64,000 nucleotides of DNA from positions 23,455 through 87,454 of the forward strand of contig JBLGAC010000008.1 in the NCBI GenBank assembly GCA_047610385.1. The letters are read 5' to 3'. The notes under the pieces were generated by a model. That model made no database searches. It saw nothing but the letters and a program-made list of their open reading frames with translations, and had not been told where the DNA came from. Of the stretch, positions 1 to 11,608 are shown one piece after another. Source of the DNA: Paracoccaceae bacterium. GTDB lineage: Bacteria > Pseudomonadota > Alphaproteobacteria > Rhodobacterales > Rhodobacteraceae. Each line of letters begins with the position of its first letter. Within the stretch, counting starts at the first letter, position 1. A program made the position numbers and the translations under genes.

Positions 1-1649
1 CGGCCCGAAGACAGCGATTTGCTCATCTCACCAAGAATGTGCAAGCGGCCGTCCTTGGCCTGCGCCAGGGCTTTTTCCATGATGTCGGGCGTGATGCCCG
101 CAATCTTGATGTCCATCTGCAGGGACGTGATGCCCTTGGCAGTGCCCGCAACCTTGAAGTCCATGTCGCCGAGGTGATCTTCATCCCCGAGGATGTCGGT
201 CAGAACCGCGAACTGGCCATCTTTTTGCAAGATCAGGCCCATCGCAACACCGGCAACGGCGGCCTTCAGCGGAACGCCGGCATCCATCATCGACAGCGAG
301 CCGCCGCAGACCGACGCCATCGACGACGAGCCGTTGGATTCAGTGATCTCCGACACCACACGAATGGTGTAGGGGAAATCGGTCGCCGCGGGCAGAACCG
401 CCTGCAACGCACGCCATGCCAGCTTGCCATGGCCGATTTCGCGGCGCCCGGCACCCATCATGCGGCCCGCTTCGCCCACCGAGTAGGGGGGGAAGTTGTA
501 GTGCAGCATGAAGCGCTCGCGCCAGCCACCCTCAAGCGCGTCGATGATCTGTTCATCATCGCCAGTGCCAAGCGTGGTGACCACGAGGCCCTGGGTTTCG
601 CCGCGCGTGAACAGCGCCGACCCGTGGGTGCGCGGCAGGAAGCCGGGCTCACACGCGATGGGGCGCACGGTGGTCAGGTCGCGGCCGTCGATGCGGCGGC
701 CGGTGGTGATGATGTCGCCGCGAACGACCTCCGACTCCAGCTCCTTGAAGCAGGTCTTCAGGGCTGCTTCGTCGGCCTTCTGATCGTCGCTCAGCGCACC
801 GGTGATGGTGGCACGGGCGGCGGAGATGGCGGCCGTGCGGACCTGTTTGTCGGTGTTGCCAAAGGCTGCACGCATGGCAACTTCGCCATGGGTCTTGACC
901 GCGGCGTACAGCGCCGAAGTGTCTTTGGCCACGAAGTTGAACGGCTCTTTCGCCGCGTCTTCGGCCATGTCGATGATCATGTCGATCACCGGCTGCATCG
1001 CGTTGTGGCCAAATTTGACGGCGCCGAGCATCTGCTCCTCGGTCAGCTCGTAAACTTCGGACTCAACCATCATAACGGCGTCTTTGGTGCCGGCGATGAC
1101 CAGGTTCAGCTCCTGCTCAGGGTTGTCGCAAAGCTTCTGCATGTCCTCAACCATCGGGTTGAGCACGTATTCGCCGTTGGCATAGGCAACGCGCGCGCAG
1201 CCGATGGGGCCAAGGAACGGCGCGCCTGAGATGGTCAGCGCCGCCGAGGCTGCGATCATGGCGACGACGTCGGGGTCGTTCTCCATGTCATGGCTCAGCA
1301 CGGTGCAGATGACCTGCGTCTCGTGGTTGAAGCCCTTGACGAACAGCGGCCGGATCGGACGGTCGATCAGGCGTGAGGTCAGGGTCTCTTTCTCGGTGGG
1401 GCGCGCTTCGCGCTTGAAGAACCCGCCGGGGACCTTGCCCGCTGCGTAATATTTTTCCTGATAGTGGACGGTCAGCGGAAAGAAATCGAGGCCGGGCTTC
1501 GGTTTCTTCTCATAGACCACGGTCGCCAGGACGGTGGTCTCGCCATAGGTGGCGACAACGGCGCCGCTGGCCTGACGGGCGACTTTGCCGGTCTCCAGGG
1601 TCAGCGTGCGGCCGCCCCACTCGATCGACTTTTTAACGATATTGAACAT
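1..1649 (-). CDS. pnp: Polyribonucleotide nucleotidyltransferase (PNPase), 5' part; runs off the left edge
   Basis: Not in the ORF track. Manual translation from ATG at 1649 gives [31 protein letters not shown]...[11 protein letters not shown]...[10 protein letters not shown]...[15 protein letters not shown] (two RNase PH domains). Lies downstream of rpsO. Confidence 0.97.
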   Translation of the reverse strand, partial: MFNIVKKSIEWGGRTLTLETGKVARQASGAVVATYGETTVLATVVYEKKPKPGLDFFPLTVHYQEKYYAAGKVPGGFFKREARPTEKETLTSRLIDRPIRPLFVKGFNHETQVICTVLSHDMENDPDVVAMIAASAALTISGAPFLGPIGCARVAYANGEYVLNPMVEDMQKLCDNPEQELNLVIAGTKDAVMMVESEVYELTEEQMLGAVKFGHNAMQPVIDMIIDMAEDAAKEPFNFVAKDTSALYAAVKTHGEVAMRAAFGNTDKQVRTAAISAARATITGALSDDQKADEAALKTCFKELESEVVRGDIITTGRRIDGRDLTTVRPIACEPGFLPRTHGSALFTRGETQGLVVTTLGTGDDEQIIDALEGGWRERFMLHYNFPPYSVGEAGRMMGAGRREIGHGKLAWRALQAVLPAATDFPYTIRVVSEITESNGSSSMASVCGGSLSMMDAGVPLKAAVAGVAMGLILQKDGQFAVLTDILGDEDHLGDMDFKVAGTAKGITSLQMDIKIAGITPDIMEKALAQAKDGRLHILGEMSKSLSSG

Positions 1650-1878
1650 TCGGATTTCCCTTTCGGACGGCTCGGCACCCCCTGGCGCCCGCCGCGTCAC
1701 GCACCCCTTACGGATGCGGGCCCATGTCTTTGGTTCGCCTTCGTCCGAGGGCCCGGGGACGAAAACGTGTCGCGTGGCCGACGCGCCATAGTGGGCGAGG
1801 TGGCATGGAGCGCGCAAGGCACCCGAAAATGCGCGAGGGGCGCGCCCATATACGGACACGCCCCCCAGTCGCGATCGC

Positions 1879-2148
1879 TCAGCGGCGGATGCCGAGGCGG
1901 GCGATGATGACCTGATAGCGGGCCGGTTCCTTGCTCTTGACGTAGTCCAGCAGCTTGCGGCGGCGGGCGACCATGGTCAGCAGGCCCCGGCGGCTGTGGT
2001 TGTCTTTTTTGTGGCTCTTGAAGTGCTCAGTCAGGTTGGTGATCCGGGTGGTGAGGATCGCAACCTGCACTTCGGGGGAACCGGTGTCGCCTTCTTTGGT
2101 GGCGTATTCTTTCATGACCGCTTCTTTGCGGTCGGGAGTGATCGACAT
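1879..2148 (-). CDS. rpsO: 30S ribosomal protein S15
   Basis: MSITPDRK...[13 protein letters not shown]...[12 protein letters not shown]; 89 aa; AGGAGG RBS upstream of the ATG at 2148. Confidence 0.98.
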   Translation of the reverse strand: MSITPDRKEAVMKEYATKEGDTGSPEVQVAILTTRITNLTEHFKSHKKDNHSRRGLLTMVARRRKLLDYVKSKEPARYQVIIARLGIRR

Positions 2149-2250
2149 CGTGGGCCTCCTTGGGCTGGTGTTTGAAGGCATGACCCCGTTGGGGACATGT
2201 GCGCCATTCGGCCGGGCCGGGATGTCGTCCAGCACGGTCATCGGACACGA
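2149..2250 (-). promoter_or_regulatory. Putative S15-binding autoregulatory leader of rpsO
   Basis: Minus strand GCTGGACGACATCCCGGC stem-loop directly upstream of the rpsO RBS. Alphaproteobacteria are known to carry an S15 leader at this position; the structure was not verified. Confidence 0.5.
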
Positions 2251-2335
2251 GCGCGTCATATGCCTTGGATTGGCAGTGATGTGAAGGTGATTCCGCGTCT
2301 TTGCGCAGCCAGAACGACAGTTTCCTGTGAAAACG

Positions 2336-2369
2336 CCGCGGGGCGGGCTGTTTCCAGCCCGCCCCGCGG
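2336..2369 (-). terminator. Intrinsic terminator-like hairpin after VPLPA-CTERM gene 1
   Basis: 15-bp perfect stem CCGCGGGGCGGGCTG / CAGCCCGCCCCGCGG with a 4-nt loop, followed by CGTTTT on the minus strand. Confidence 0.75.
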
Positions 2370-2443
2370 TTCGCATGGTCTGTTTAGCATCTTAGCTTTT
2401 GCCTGCGCGGATCGGGCCGCCATGTCGCCAGTAAGCGCGCGGA

Positions 2444-3322
2444 TCAGGCGGCGCGACGACGGCGCGACATCACGCCCAAAAGCCCAAGGCCACCCAGCAT
2501 CAACGGCAGCGCCGCCGGAACCGGAACCGCAGAGATGGCGCGCCCGTAGGTGATGTTGTCGATCAGCACCCATTCGCCGCAATTGCCGGCAGAGCCCGGA
2601 TCGCAGGGGGTCCCGTCGCCACCCGACTCGGCCGACAGCACAAACGTGTCGGTGAGCGTGAGGTAGGAGATGCCCGCGGTCTGGATGCCATAATACTGAC
2701 CATCGCTGGCGGCGTTGATCGCGGGCACGCCGATATTCAGATCCTCGAGCAGCAGGCCAGCGCTGTCATATGCGGCCAAAACCCAGTCGCCATCGTTGGC
2801 GCCAAAGTTGAATGCAAAGGATTCAACAACCGTGTCGAATTGAAACAGAAACTGGTTGGCGTGGTCTGGCTGGAAAGTGACGTTATTGTAATCCGCCTTT
2901 TCCCAGTTGGTCAGGAAGTTCGCCGTAGTGTTGTAGGACTCACCCCCAGTGTATTCGAGATAGTTGAACCGTTGAACACCCGAACTGAAGAACGTGTTGA
3001 AGTCGAATTCCGTCCGCACGATTTCCGGGGTCACGTACAGCGCCGCAGCCGCGCCGCCGTTCAAAGTGTCGACGCCACTGATGGTCACGCCGCCGGGAGC
3101 AGAGATGGAGGTCCGCGCAGTGGTGCGCGGATCAACGTCGTCAGTGGTGCTCGGAAACGAGACCGGCAGAGCGTCTGTGGCGATCGATTCAAAATCAATC
3201 ACAGTTCCGCCCAAGATCGCGTCAGTCGGCACACCAAAACCAACGATCGGGCTCGCGTTCGACGCCCCGACCAAAAGGACGCTGCCGATCACCCCCGTGA
3301 TGGCAGCCCTAACGAATGTCAT
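2444..3322 (-). CDS. Secreted VPLPA-CTERM (PEP-CTERM-like) sorting-domain protein 1
   Basis: Signal peptide MTFVRAAITGVIGSVLLVGASNA; C-terminus VPVPAALPLMLGGLGLLGVMSRRRRAA (motif + TM helix + Arg cluster). Start moved to the ATG at 3322. Confidence 0.9.
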   Translation of the reverse strand: MTFVRAAITGVIGSVLLVGASNASPIVGFGVPTDAILGGTVIDFESIATDALPVSFPSTTDDVDPRTTARTSISAPGGVTISGVDTLNGGAAAALYVTPEIVRTEFDFNTFFSSGVQRFNYLEYTGGESYNTTANFLTNWEKADYNNVTFQPDHANQFLFQFDTVVESFAFNFGANDGDWVLAAYDSAGLLLEDLNIGVPAINAASDGQYYGIQTAGISYLTLTDTFVLSAESGGDGTPCDPGSAGNCGEWVLIDNITYGRAISAVPVPAALPLMLGGLGLLGVMSRRRRAA

Positions 3323-3367
3323 TGGGCAATCCTTCCCCACACGATTTACTAAAACACACGGGACGAC

Positions 3368-3395
3368 ATTACCGTTGAAGTTCACGAAATGTCAA
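3368..3395 (-). promoter_or_regulatory. sigma70-like promoter for VPLPA-CTERM gene 1
   Basis: Minus strand TTGACA-N16-GGTAAT about 45 nt upstream of the ATG. Confidence 0.5.
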
Positions 3396-3441
3396 TCTTT
3401 CGCCCATGCAAACAGGGTTAAAACAGCACCTTTGGCGCTGT

Positions 3442-4356
3442 TCACAAGGCCTCCGGGGCTGGAAAAACGCGGCTGGGATGGATCTCACCGGCTTTCCAGG
3501 TGCCGATCGCCACCGGTGCCCCGTCATGAGAGGCCCAGACCTCGTCGCCGTACTCTCCGGCGAATCGGGTCTTGCCAGCGCGGCCCTGGCGCAGATGCGC
3601 CGCTGCGACAGCGTCGACCACATGTTCCTCAAGGTCGTTCAGCCCGGCTTCGGTCGGCAGCAGTTTGGCCAGCTGGTCGGGATCGTCGCGCAGCGCCTCC
3701 AGCTGTTCCCAGGTCACGGCGTCAGACAGCTCAAACGGACCGGCCCAGACGCGGCGCAGCGCGCTCACATGCCCAAAGCAGCCGAGGTCCAGCCCCAGAT
3801 CGCGCGCGATGGAGCGGACATAGCCACCCTTGCCGCAGACCATTTCCAGAACCGCGTGATCGAGATCGGGCATGTCGATCAGCGTCAGGCTTTCCACGAA
3901 CAGCGGGCGGGCCTTCAGCTCCACCTCCTCTCCCGCGCGGGCCAAAGCATAGGCACGCTCACCATCCACCTTCACGGCGGAGAACGCGGGCGGGGTCTGC
4001 ATGATGTCGCCGGTATAGGCGGGCAGCGCGGCCAGAATCGCATCGCGCGTCGGACGCTGATCTGATTGTGCGATCACCGGACCTTCGCGGTCATCGGTGT
4101 TGGTCTGCTGGCCCCAGCACACGGTGAAGCGATAGGCTTTCAGCGCATCGGTGACATAGGGCACGGTTTTGGTCGCCTCGCCCAACGCGATGGCCAGAAT
4201 GCCGGTCGCCAGCGGGTCGAGCGTGCCAGCATGCCCGGCCTTCTGGGCCTGAAACACCCAGCGGACCTTGGCCACCACAGAGGTGGACCCGACATTGAGC
4301 GGCTTGTCCACCACCAGCCAGCCGCTGATCGGGCGGCCCTTCTTGCGTCGCGCCAT
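3442..4356 (-). CDS. truB: tRNA pseudouridine(55) synthase
   Basis: [19 protein letters not shown]...[14 protein letters not shown]; follows rbfA. Confidence 0.96.
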   Translation of the reverse strand: MARRKKGRPISGWLVVDKPLNVGSTSVVAKVRWVFQAQKAGHAGTLDPLATGILAIALGEATKTVPYVTDALKAYRFTVCWGQQTNTDDREGPVIAQSDQRPTRDAILAALPAYTGDIMQTPPAFSAVKVDGERAYALARAGEEVELKARPLFVESLTLIDMPDLDHAVLEMVCGKGGYVRSIARDLGLDLGCFGHVSALRRVWAGPFELSDAVTWEQLEALRDDPDQLAKLLPTEAGLNDLEEHVVDAVAAAHLRQGRAGKTRFAGEYGDEVWASHDGAPVAIGTWKAGEIHPSRVFPAPEAL

Positions 4357-4390
4357 GGGGGCGTCGTCCTTCTTGGTCTTATGGAAAAAG

Positions 4391-4828
4391 TCAGTGTTCG
4401 TCGGGCGCCGCATCGCTGGGTGCCGCATCGTCAGGCGCTTCGACATCGGCGCGCACGCGGTCCAGGTTCAGCAGGCGTCGCGCTTCGTCCATACGGTCGT
4501 AGCTGTCATCGCGCTGAAAGCTCAGGTCCGGCGAGAATTTCATGTTGACGTCTTTGCTCAGCGCACGCCGCAGCTCACCTTTGTTGCGGCGCAGGGCTTC
4601 GATCACCTCGTCGGCGTTGATGCCGCCCAAAGGCAGCACAAAAGCCGTTGCGCTGCGCAGATCGGGCGTGACGCGGACCTCCGACACCGTGATCGACGCG
4701 CGCGACAGCGCATCATCATGCAGATCGCCGCGCAACAGAATCTCAGCCAGCGACCGGCGGATGGTTTCGCCTACCTTGAGCTGCCGCTGCGAGGGGCCAG
4801 CGCCGCCCCCGGTCGGTTTCTTGGCCAT
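4391..4828 (-). CDS. rbfA: Ribosome-binding factor A
   Basis: [19 protein letters not shown]...[17 protein letters not shown]...PDLSFQRD. Confidence 0.95.
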   Translation of the reverse strand: MAKKPTGGGAGPSQRQLKVGETIRRSLAEILLRGDLHDDALSRASITVSEVRVTPDLRSATAFVLPLGGINADEVIEALRRNKGELRRALSKDVNMKFSPDLSFQRDDSYDRMDEARRLLNLDRVRADVEAPDDAAPSDAAPDEH

Positions 4829-4924
4829 TGTCCGAGCCCTTTGCAAAATGCGCCCCCTGTGGAGGCTTTCAAAGACAAAGGGCCGCCCGTCGCCGGGCGG
4901 CCCCTGTTCAGCGTTCCGACAAGA

Positions 4925-7900
4925 TCAGAGCGTGCGCTCGATCTCCTCAGTGGTGAAGATTTCGATGACGTCGCCGGGGCGCACATCTTCGTAGCGTTCA
5001 AAGGCCATGCCGCATTCCTGACCGGAACGGACCTCATTGACCTCATCCTTGAAGCGCTTGAGCGTCTTGAGCTTGCCTTCGTGGACCACCACATCGTCGC
5101 GCAGCAGGCGCACACCGGCCGATTTACGCGCCACGCCTTCGGTGACATCGCAACCAGCAACGTTGCCGACATGAGAGACCTTGAAGACCTCTTTGACCTT
5201 GGCGTAGCCGATAAAGGTCTCGCGGATTTCGGGGGACAGCAGGCCAGCGGCCGCAGCCCTCACGTCATCAACGAGGCTGTAGATCACCGAATAGTACCGG
5301 ATCTCCACACCCTTCTGGTGCGCAGCTTCGCGGGCCGACGCGTTGGCACGGACGTTGAAGCCGATGATCGGGGCGCCCGACGCTTCGGCCAAGGTGACGT
5401 CCGATTCCGTGATGGCACCAACGCCGGAATGCAGAACCCGCACCCGGACCTCGTCGTTGCCAATCTGCTCCAGCGCCTGAACGATCGCTTCGTTGGAGCC
5501 ACCGACATCCGATTTGACCACGATGGCCAGTTCGGACATCGCATTGGTGGCCTTGGCCTGCGCCAAAAGCTGATCGAGCGAGGTGCGCGACCCGGCTGTG
5601 ACCTGCTTGTCGCGCGATACGCGCTGACGATAATCAGCTATTTCGCGGGCGCGGCCTTCGTCTTCGACCACGTTCAGCACGTCGCCAGCTGAGGGCGTGC
5701 CCTGAAGGCCCAGAACTTCGACCGGAACCGAAGGACCGGCCTGTTCGACGCGCTCACCCTTGTCGTTGATCAGCGCACGCACGCGGCCCCACTGCTCGCC
5801 CACGACAAAGATGTCGCCGCGCTTCAGTGTGCCCTTCTGGACCAGGACCGTCGCGACAGGGCCGCGGCCGACGTCCAGCTTGGCCTCGATCACTGCGCCT
5901 TCGGCGTAGCGGTCGGGGTTGGCTTTCAGTTCGAGCAGCTCAGCCTGAAGCGCAATGGCCTCCAGCAGCTTGTCGAGCCCGGCGCCGGTTTTTGCCGACA
6001 CCTCAACATCAAGCACGTCGCCTGACATCGCTTCGACGACGACCGAATGCTGAAGCAGTCCGGTGCGCACCTTTTGCGGGTCTGCGCCGGGCTTATCGCA
6101 TTTGTTGATCGCGATGATCATCGGCACGTTCGCGGCCTTGGCGTGGTGGATCGCCTCGATCGTCTGGGGCATGACCGAATCATCGGCCGCGACCACCAGA
6201 ACCACGATGTCCGTCACTGAGGCACCGCGGGCGCGCATCGACGAGAACGCCGCGTGGCCCGGGGTGTCGAGGAACGTGATCAGCGCACCGTTGTCCGTCG
6301 TCACCTGATAGGCGCCGATGTGCTGGGTGATGCCGCCTGCCTCGCCAGAGACCACGTTGGCCTTGCGAAGCGCGTCCAGCACCGAGGTCTTGCCGTGATC
6401 GACATGACCCATGACCGTGACGACGGGGGGCCGGGTCTTGAGATCCTCAACCTTGTCGGCTTCGGTCTCAATCGCGGTTTCCACGTCTGAATCCGACACA
6501 CGGACCATGCGGTGGCCAAATTCTTCGACCAGCAGTTCTGCGGTGTCCGCATCGAGCGTGTCGTTGATGGTGACCATCACGCCAGAGTTGAACAGCGACT
6601 TGATGACGTCAGCAGCACGTTCCGCCATGCGGTTCGCAAGCTCCTGCACTGTGATGACGTCGGTCACCTTCACGTCGCGCACGACCTTCTCGCGCTCAAC
6701 CTGATGGCCACCCTTGCGCTTGTCGCGCTCCGCCCGGCGACGCATGGCCGCCATGGAGCGGTGACGCCCGCCCTCATCACCCGACGTGGCGCGGGAAATG
6801 GTGAGCTTGCCTGCACGGCGGCCACGATCATCGCGGCCAACGGCGGTGCGCGGTTTGCGCTGGTCGTCGCTGACGGGCGCAGGTGCGCCGCCGGGCGTGC
6901 GGCGACGCGGGGCCGTACGCTCTTCACCCGGCTCGGGCGGCAGGCCCGGCTCAACATTGACGGGGGCCTTGGCACCGGCGGGACGTGCCCGGGCAGCCTT
7001 GGCCGCCTCAGCGGTCTTTTTCTTGGCCTCAACCTCCGCAGCGCTGGCGGCTTCCGCCTCCTCACGCTCACGGCGGATCAGCGCCTCTTTCTCCTTGCGC
7101 TCACGGTCATCTTTTTCGGCGCGCAGGCGGTCCAGCTCATCACCGCGTGCGCGGGATTCGGCCTCGGCGCGGGCACGACGAGCGCCTTCGTTGCGCTTGG
7201 CCATTTCCAGCGCGCGACGACGGCGATCAACTTCCTCGGTCGACAGATTCTGACCACCGGCGCTGCGGGCAGGGCCAGCTGCGGCGGGCGCACGGCCCTT
7301 GTTGGCATCGCCGGGGCGGCTGCCGGGACGTGCGGGACGCGCACCAGCGCCGGGCACGGTGGCACGGCGTGCGCCGCCATCGGCCTGGGGTGCGGTGCGC
7401 GGTGCCGCGGCCTTGACCACGGTTTTGGGCTTGAGGACCGGTTTCGGCGCATCTGCTGCGCGCGAAATGATCTTGGGTCCGGGCGCAGCCGGGATCAGCG
7501 GTGCCGCGACTTTTGCGGGCGCCGTTTTGGCCATAGGCTCTGCCTTGGCAACGGTCTCTGCCTTGGCAACAGGTTCCACCTTGGCAGCAGACTCTGCCGT
7601 GGCAGCAGCCTCCACCTTGGGCGCGGGCGCCTTGGCGTCTGCCGCAGGCACCGCGCTTTTGGCGGGGGCCTCGGCCTTGGCGACGGCATCAACCGGCGCT
7701 TCGGGCGCAGGCTCTGCAGCCTTTTCGGCCGCGGCGCGGTCGGCAGCCTTCTGGGCCGCGATGGCGCGTGCCATGCGGATGCGGCGCTCTGCCTCTTCGG
7801 CTGAGACCGGCGTCACCACTTTGCCTTTGGGCGCACGGGCGCGCGCAGCGGCCTCGGGCGCTTCGGCCTCGGGGCGCTTTTCAGCCGGGTCGACCGGGCG

Positions 7901-8077
7901 TGCGCCACCAGCGGGCGCAGTGCCCGGCGTGATCACGCGTTTGCGCTTGGTCTCAACCACGACGGATTTCGACCGGCCATGGCTGAAGCTCTGGCGCACC
8001 CGGGTAGGTGTCCCGCCAGCGCCGCCTCGCGCACGCAGGTTACCGCCCGATTTGTTGTCGTCGTCCGTATCGCTCAT
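4925..8077 (-). CDS. infB: Translation initiation factor IF-2
   Basis: G-domain motifs [17 protein letters not shown]; long Ala/Pro/Lys-rich N-terminus. Confidence 0.98.
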   Translation of the reverse strand: MSDTDDDNKSGGNLRARGGAGGTPTRVRQSFSHGRSKSVVVETKRKRVITPGTAPAGGARPVDPAEKRPEAEAPEAAARARAPKGKVVTPVSAEEAERRIRMARAIAAQKAADRAAAEKAAEPAPEAPVDAVAKAEAPAKSAVPAADAKAPAPKVEAAATAESAAKVEPVAKAETVAKAEPMAKTAPAKVAAPLIPAAPGPKIISRAADAPKPVLKPKTVVKAAAPRTAPQADGGARRATVPGAGARPARPGSRPGDANKGRAPAAAGPARSAGGQNLSTEEVDRRRRALEMAKRNEGARRARAEAESRARGDELDRLRAEKDDRERKEKEALIRREREEAEAASAAEVEAKKKTAEAAKAARARPAGAKAPVNVEPGLPPEPGEERTAPRRRTPGGAPAPVSDDQRKPRTAVGRDDRGRRAGKLTISRATSGDEGGRHRSMAAMRRRAERDKRKGGHQVEREKVVRDVKVTDVITVQELANRMAERAADVIKSLFNSGVMVTINDTLDADTAELLVEEFGHRMVRVSDSDVETAIETEADKVEDLKTRPPVVTVMGHVDHGKTSVLDALRKANVVSGEAGGITQHIGAYQVTTDNGALITFLDTPGHAAFSSMRARGASVTDIVVLVVAADDSVMPQTIEAIHHAKAANVPMIIAINKCDKPGADPQKVRTGLLQHSVVVEAMSGDVLDVEVSAKTGAGLDKLLEAIALQAELLELKANPDRYAEGAVIEAKLDVGRGPVATVLVQKGTLKRGDIFVVGEQWGRVRALINDKGERVEQAGPSVPVEVLGLQGTPSAGDVLNVVEDEGRAREIADYRQRVSRDKQVTAGSRTSLDQLLAQAKATNAMSELAIVVKSDVGGSNEAIVQALEQIGNDEVRVRVLHSGVGAITESDVTLAEASGAPIIGFNVRANASAREAAHQKGVEIRYYSVIYSLVDDVRAAAAGLLSPEIRETFIGYAKVKEVFKVSHVGNVAGCDVTEGVARKSAGVRLLRDDVVVHEGKLKTLKRFKDEVNEVRSGQECGMAFERYEDVRPGDVIEIFTTEEIERTL
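7538..7620 (-). repeat. Degenerate 18-nt coding tandem repeat in infB
   Basis: Plus strand CTCTGCCTTGGCAACGGT-like units encoding [18 protein letters not shown] hexapeptides. Confidence 0.6.
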
Positions 8078-8721
8078 GCACCGTTCCTCACCTCGATTAC
8101 GTCGAGGTCCGTTTCATCATGCGTCGCGGCGCAAGGTCTGAACCCGGAAAGCCGTTTCGCCTCGCGCAACACGCGCAGCGTCACGCCGCCTCTATCAAGA
8201 GCGGCGTGTATCACAAATTCGCGGCCGAAAGCCAAACCCAATTCGGTGCTGTCGAGACAACGGATGATCCCCGCCTCTCCAGCCATGGGCCGCAGCTTGG
8301 CCTGTCCCTGGTCAGATCCGTCCCGCGCGCCGATCAGCGCGCCGACTGGACCCTTCTTCAACCGGGCCTTTACCTTCTCGAAGCCGGTGACCGCAAGCCC
8401 TGCCTTTCTGGTGAGGGACACGGCCTCAGCCGCACGGGCGGCCAAAAGGGTCTCGAGCAGCTCCGCCAGACCGTCCGGCACGATGGCCTGGGCCTTGGCA
8501 GCACGAGAGAAAAGCCGCTTCTTCACAGCCGTTTCAATCGCATCCCGGGTCGAGGTGACCCAGATCCCACGACCTGGCAATTTCTCTGCCAGATCAGGCG
8601 TCACTACGCCGTCGGGCGACAGCACGAAGCGGATCATCATGTCGGTCAGACCACTTTCACCGCTGACAATGCAGCGGCGTTCAGGGTCGTCCTTATCGGT
8701 CCGTCGTCCGCCGCGCGGCAT
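8074..8721 (-). CDS. RNA-binding protein, DUF448/YlxR (RnpM-like) plus L7Ae-like domain
   Basis: [12 protein letters not shown]...IRFVLSPDG...KLPGRGIWV; lies between nusA and infB; GGAG RBS. Confidence 0.88.
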   Translation of the reverse strand: MPRGGRRTDKDDPERRCIVSGESGLTDMMIRFVLSPDGVVTPDLAEKLPGRGIWVTSTRDAIETAVKKRLFSRAAKAQAIVPDGLAELLETLLAARAAEAVSLTRKAGLAVTGFEKVKARLKKGPVGALIGARDGSDQGQAKLRPMAGEAGIIRCLDSTELGLAFGREFVIHAALDRGGVTLRVLREAKRLSGFRPCAATHDETDLDVIEVRNGA

Positions 8722-8849
8722 CTTTTCTCCTGGCACTGACGCATGGCCCGCATGGGCGGATGCGCCGCGGACCAGTTGGCCCACGTTAAGCAATATAGGG
8801 TGGGGCCGCCATGGGGCGAATCCCCGTCGGCGGCCCGGATTTCATGGGA

Positions 8850-10724
8850 TCAGACGCGCGGGGCGTCTTCACCCGACTCATCTGAGGCTGGCTCATCTGA
8901 GGTCGGCTCATCCTGATCAGCCTCGGCTTTGGGCGACTCGGCTTCGGCCTCGGGCGTGTCCGTCACGCTCTCGTCCGCCTCAGAGGGCTCCGCGTCAAGG
9001 GCATCGTAGTCCAGCGTGACTTCCTCAAGCCCGTCCTCGGCCATCTCCTCGGCGTCGAGCGAGTGGTCCTCGGGCGGGGTGTCTTCGTCCACTTCCTCGC
9101 CCTCAGCGCCGTCTTCCTCGCCCTCGGCATCTTCCTCGGCGTCGTAGTCACCCTCTTCCTCGCCCTCAAACACCACGTCAGAGGCGTCCACAAGGCCGAC
9201 GATCACGCGTGCGGTCATCACCAGGCTTTGGGCTTCCTCAAGCGACATGTCGAAGGCTTCGAGCAGGCCATCATCCTTGATTCGCTTGCCATCGACCAAG
9301 GACCAGCCGCCGGCCAGTTCCCAATCCGCACAGGTCGCAAAGTCGTGGAGCGTGAGCACGCCGTCCTTGGCCAGCGCCAGAATCATCTGGGGGGTCAGGC
9401 CGTCGAACTCAATCAGGTCTTCCTCAACGCCCAGATCGCGGGATTCGTCGAGCGCCTTGGCGTTCATTTCCTCAAGGCTTTCGCGGGCGCGGGCCTGAAG
9501 GTCTTCGGCGATCTCAGCACTGACACCATCAAGGCCGGTCAGCTCGCTCGCATCGACATAGGCGACTTCCTCAAGCGTGGTGAAGCCTTCGGAGACCAGC
9601 AGCTGCGCGACGATTTCATCGACGTTCATGGTGTCCATGAACATCTGCGACCGCTCGGCGAACTCGGCCTGGCGACGGGTGGATTCGTCTTCCTCCGTCA
9701 GGATGTCGATGTCCCAGCCGGTCAGCTGGCTGGCCAGACGCACGTTCTGGCCGCGGCGTCCGATGGCCAGCGACAGCTGCTCATCCGGCACCACCACCTC
9801 AATGCGGCGGGCGTCTTCGTCCATGACGACCTTGGACACCTCAGCAGGCTGAAGCGCGTTGACGATGAAGGTCGCCGCGTCATCATTCCACGGGATGATG
9901 TCGATTTTCTCGCCGCCCAGCTCAGATACCACGGCCTGAACACGGCTGCCGCGCATACCAACGCAAGCACCGACCGGATCGATGGAGCTGTCATAGGAAA
10001 TCACGGCGATCTTGGCGCGCGAACCGGGATCGCGGGCCACGGCCTTGATCTCGATGACGTTGTCATAGATCTCCGGCACTTCCATTTTGAACAGCTCGGC
10101 CATGAATTCAGGCGCCGTGCGCGACAGGAAGATCTGCGGGCCACGCTGTTCGCGCCGCACGTCTTTGACGAAGGCACGGATACGGTCGCCGGTGCGGAAC
10201 ATTTCGCGCGGGATAAGTTGGTCGCGGCGCAACATGCCTTCGCCCCGGCCGATGTCCACGATGACATTGCCGTATTCCACGCGTTTGACCGACCCATTGA
10301 TGATCTGGCCGATGCGGTCCTTGTATTCCTCGTACTGACGCTCACGCTCAGCTTCGCGGACCTTCTGCACGATGACCTGTTTGGCGGTCTGCGCAGCGAT
10401 GCGGCCAAATTCCAGCGTCGGCAGTGGCTCGCTCATCACGTCGCCGATTTCGGCGTCGGGGTTGAGGGCCTGCGCATCGATCAGCGCCATTTCGGTGAAG
10501 TGATTCTCCACCTCCTCGACCACTTCGCGGGCGCGCGACATGTTCAGCACGCCGGTTTTGCGGTCGATGTCGCAGCGGATGTCGTACTCCGCGCCAAAGC
10601 GCGACCGCGCGGCCTTGGCGAGGCTGTCTTCCATCGCTTCAATCACCAGTTCGGGATCGATCAGCTTTTCACGCGCGACGGCGTCGGCGATCTGGAGCAG
10701 CTCAAGTCTGTTGGCGCTGACCAT
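8850..10724 (-). CDS. nusA: Transcription termination/antitermination factor NusA with a long acidic C-terminal tail
   Basis: [20 protein letters not shown]; S1 and KH domains ([24 protein letters not shown]). Confidence 0.97.
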   Translation of the reverse strand: MVSANRLELLQIADAVAREKLIDPELVIEAMEDSLAKAARSRFGAEYDIRCDIDRKTGVLNMSRAREVVEEVENHFTEMALIDAQALNPDAEIGDVMSEPLPTLEFGRIAAQTAKQVIVQKVREAERERQYEEYKDRIGQIINGSVKRVEYGNVIVDIGRGEGMLRRDQLIPREMFRTGDRIRAFVKDVRREQRGPQIFLSRTAPEFMAELFKMEVPEIYDNVIEIKAVARDPGSRAKIAVISYDSSIDPVGACVGMRGSRVQAVVSELGGEKIDIIPWNDDAATFIVNALQPAEVSKVVMDEDARRIEVVVPDEQLSLAIGRRGQNVRLASQLTGWDIDILTEEDESTRRQAEFAERSQMFMDTMNVDEIVAQLLVSEGFTTLEEVAYVDASELTGLDGVSAEIAEDLQARARESLEEMNAKALDESRDLGVEEDLIEFDGLTPQMILALAKDGVLTLHDFATCADWELAGGWSLVDGKRIKDDGLLEAFDMSLEEAQSLVMTARVIVGLVDASDVVFEGEEEGDYDAEEDAEGEEDGAEGEEVDEDTPPEDHSLDAEEMAEDGLEEVTLDYDALDAEPSEADESVTDTPEAEAESPKAEADQDEPTSDEPASDESGEDAPRV

Positions 10725-10741
10725 TGTCGGTCTCCCGCAAT

Positions 10742-11380
10742 TCAGTGGCGACGGACGGGGGCGGCGTCGCCCTCGTCATCGGGGGAATCGGTGTCTTCGT
10801 CGTCTTCATCCTCGGCAGCCTCGTCGAAGGCTTCCGGATCGTATTCTGAGCCTTCGGCACCCGGGCCAACCTTGCGGCCCTTCAGCGACTGTTCGATCAG
10901 CGCGTCGGTCAGCACCAGCTTGGCGTCGGAAATCCATTCGAAATTCAGGCCGATGATGCCCTCAGCGATGCGGATCAGCACTTCGCCATCCTCAACGCCT
11001 TCAAGCTCGCCGCGAAAGCGGCGGCGGCCATCGATCAGTTCCGCGGTTTCGATCTTGGCTTCCCAGCCGACATAGCGCTCAAACTGCTCAAGCGTGGTCA
11101 GCGGGCGGTCGATGCCGGGGGATGACACCTCAAGGGCATACATCCCGTCGATCGGATCCTCAACGTCGAGGACGGCCGACATGGCGCGCGACAGCTCGGC
11201 GCAGTCGTCGATCTCCATCGTGCCGTCGGGACGCTCGGCCATGACCTGAAGCGTCTTGCGTTCCTTTGAGCCGATCATAAGCCGGACGCGGACGAGGCCG
11301 AATCCCATCCCCTCCACCGTTGGGCGGATGATGTCGGCGACGGTGCGGTCCAGTGCGGCTTTGGCGACGAGATCGTTCAA
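10742..11380 (-). CDS. rimP: Ribosome maturation factor RimP
   Basis: [10 protein letters not shown]...DCAELSR...[14 protein letters not shown]; TTG start; first gene of the nusA operon. Confidence 0.95.
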   Translation of the reverse strand: MNDLVAKAALDRTVADIIRPTVEGMGFGLVRVRLMIGSKERKTLQVMAERPDGTMEIDDCAELSRAMSAVLDVEDPIDGMYALEVSSPGIDRPLTTLEQFERYVGWEAKIETAELIDGRRRFRGELEGVEDGEVLIRIAEGIIGLNFEWISDAKLVLTDALIEQSLKGRKVGPGAEGSEYDPEAFDEAAEDEDDEDTDSPDDEGDAAPVRRH

Positions 11381-11408
11381 GAGGGGCGAATCCTTGGGCT
11401 AAAATGAC

Positions 11409-11438
11409 GAAAGGCGGGCCATAGCGGCCCGCCCTTTC
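11409..11438 (-). terminator. Terminator-like hairpin in the rimP leader
   Basis: Minus strand GAAAGGGCGGGCC-gctat-GGCCCGCCTTTC then GTCATTTT, about 30 nt before the rimP start. Confidence 0.55.
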
Positions 11439-11608
11439 GGTCCGGTCGTCGCCGCCCTGATGGGCAGCGTCGCCGCTATGTGACAAGTGACATACGCTGG
11501 TCGGGCTGCGGCTGCAAGGGGCGGCAGGTTGATCGCGCCGCGCGCCGCCCCCGCCGCCGCACAGCACGACGTTCAGGCGTGCCTGCCGCAAGGGCGGATT
11601 GGGGCAAT

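Noticed and set aside
39-1229. Long ORFs antisense to real genes (for example 39-1229, 4268-5692, 6512-7804, 9063-11075, 17883-19001, 43790-44971, 46742-47788)
   Set aside because: Shadow ORFs expected from high-GC codon bias opposite pnp, infB, nusA, sdh, murJ and glnD; no recognisable motifs.
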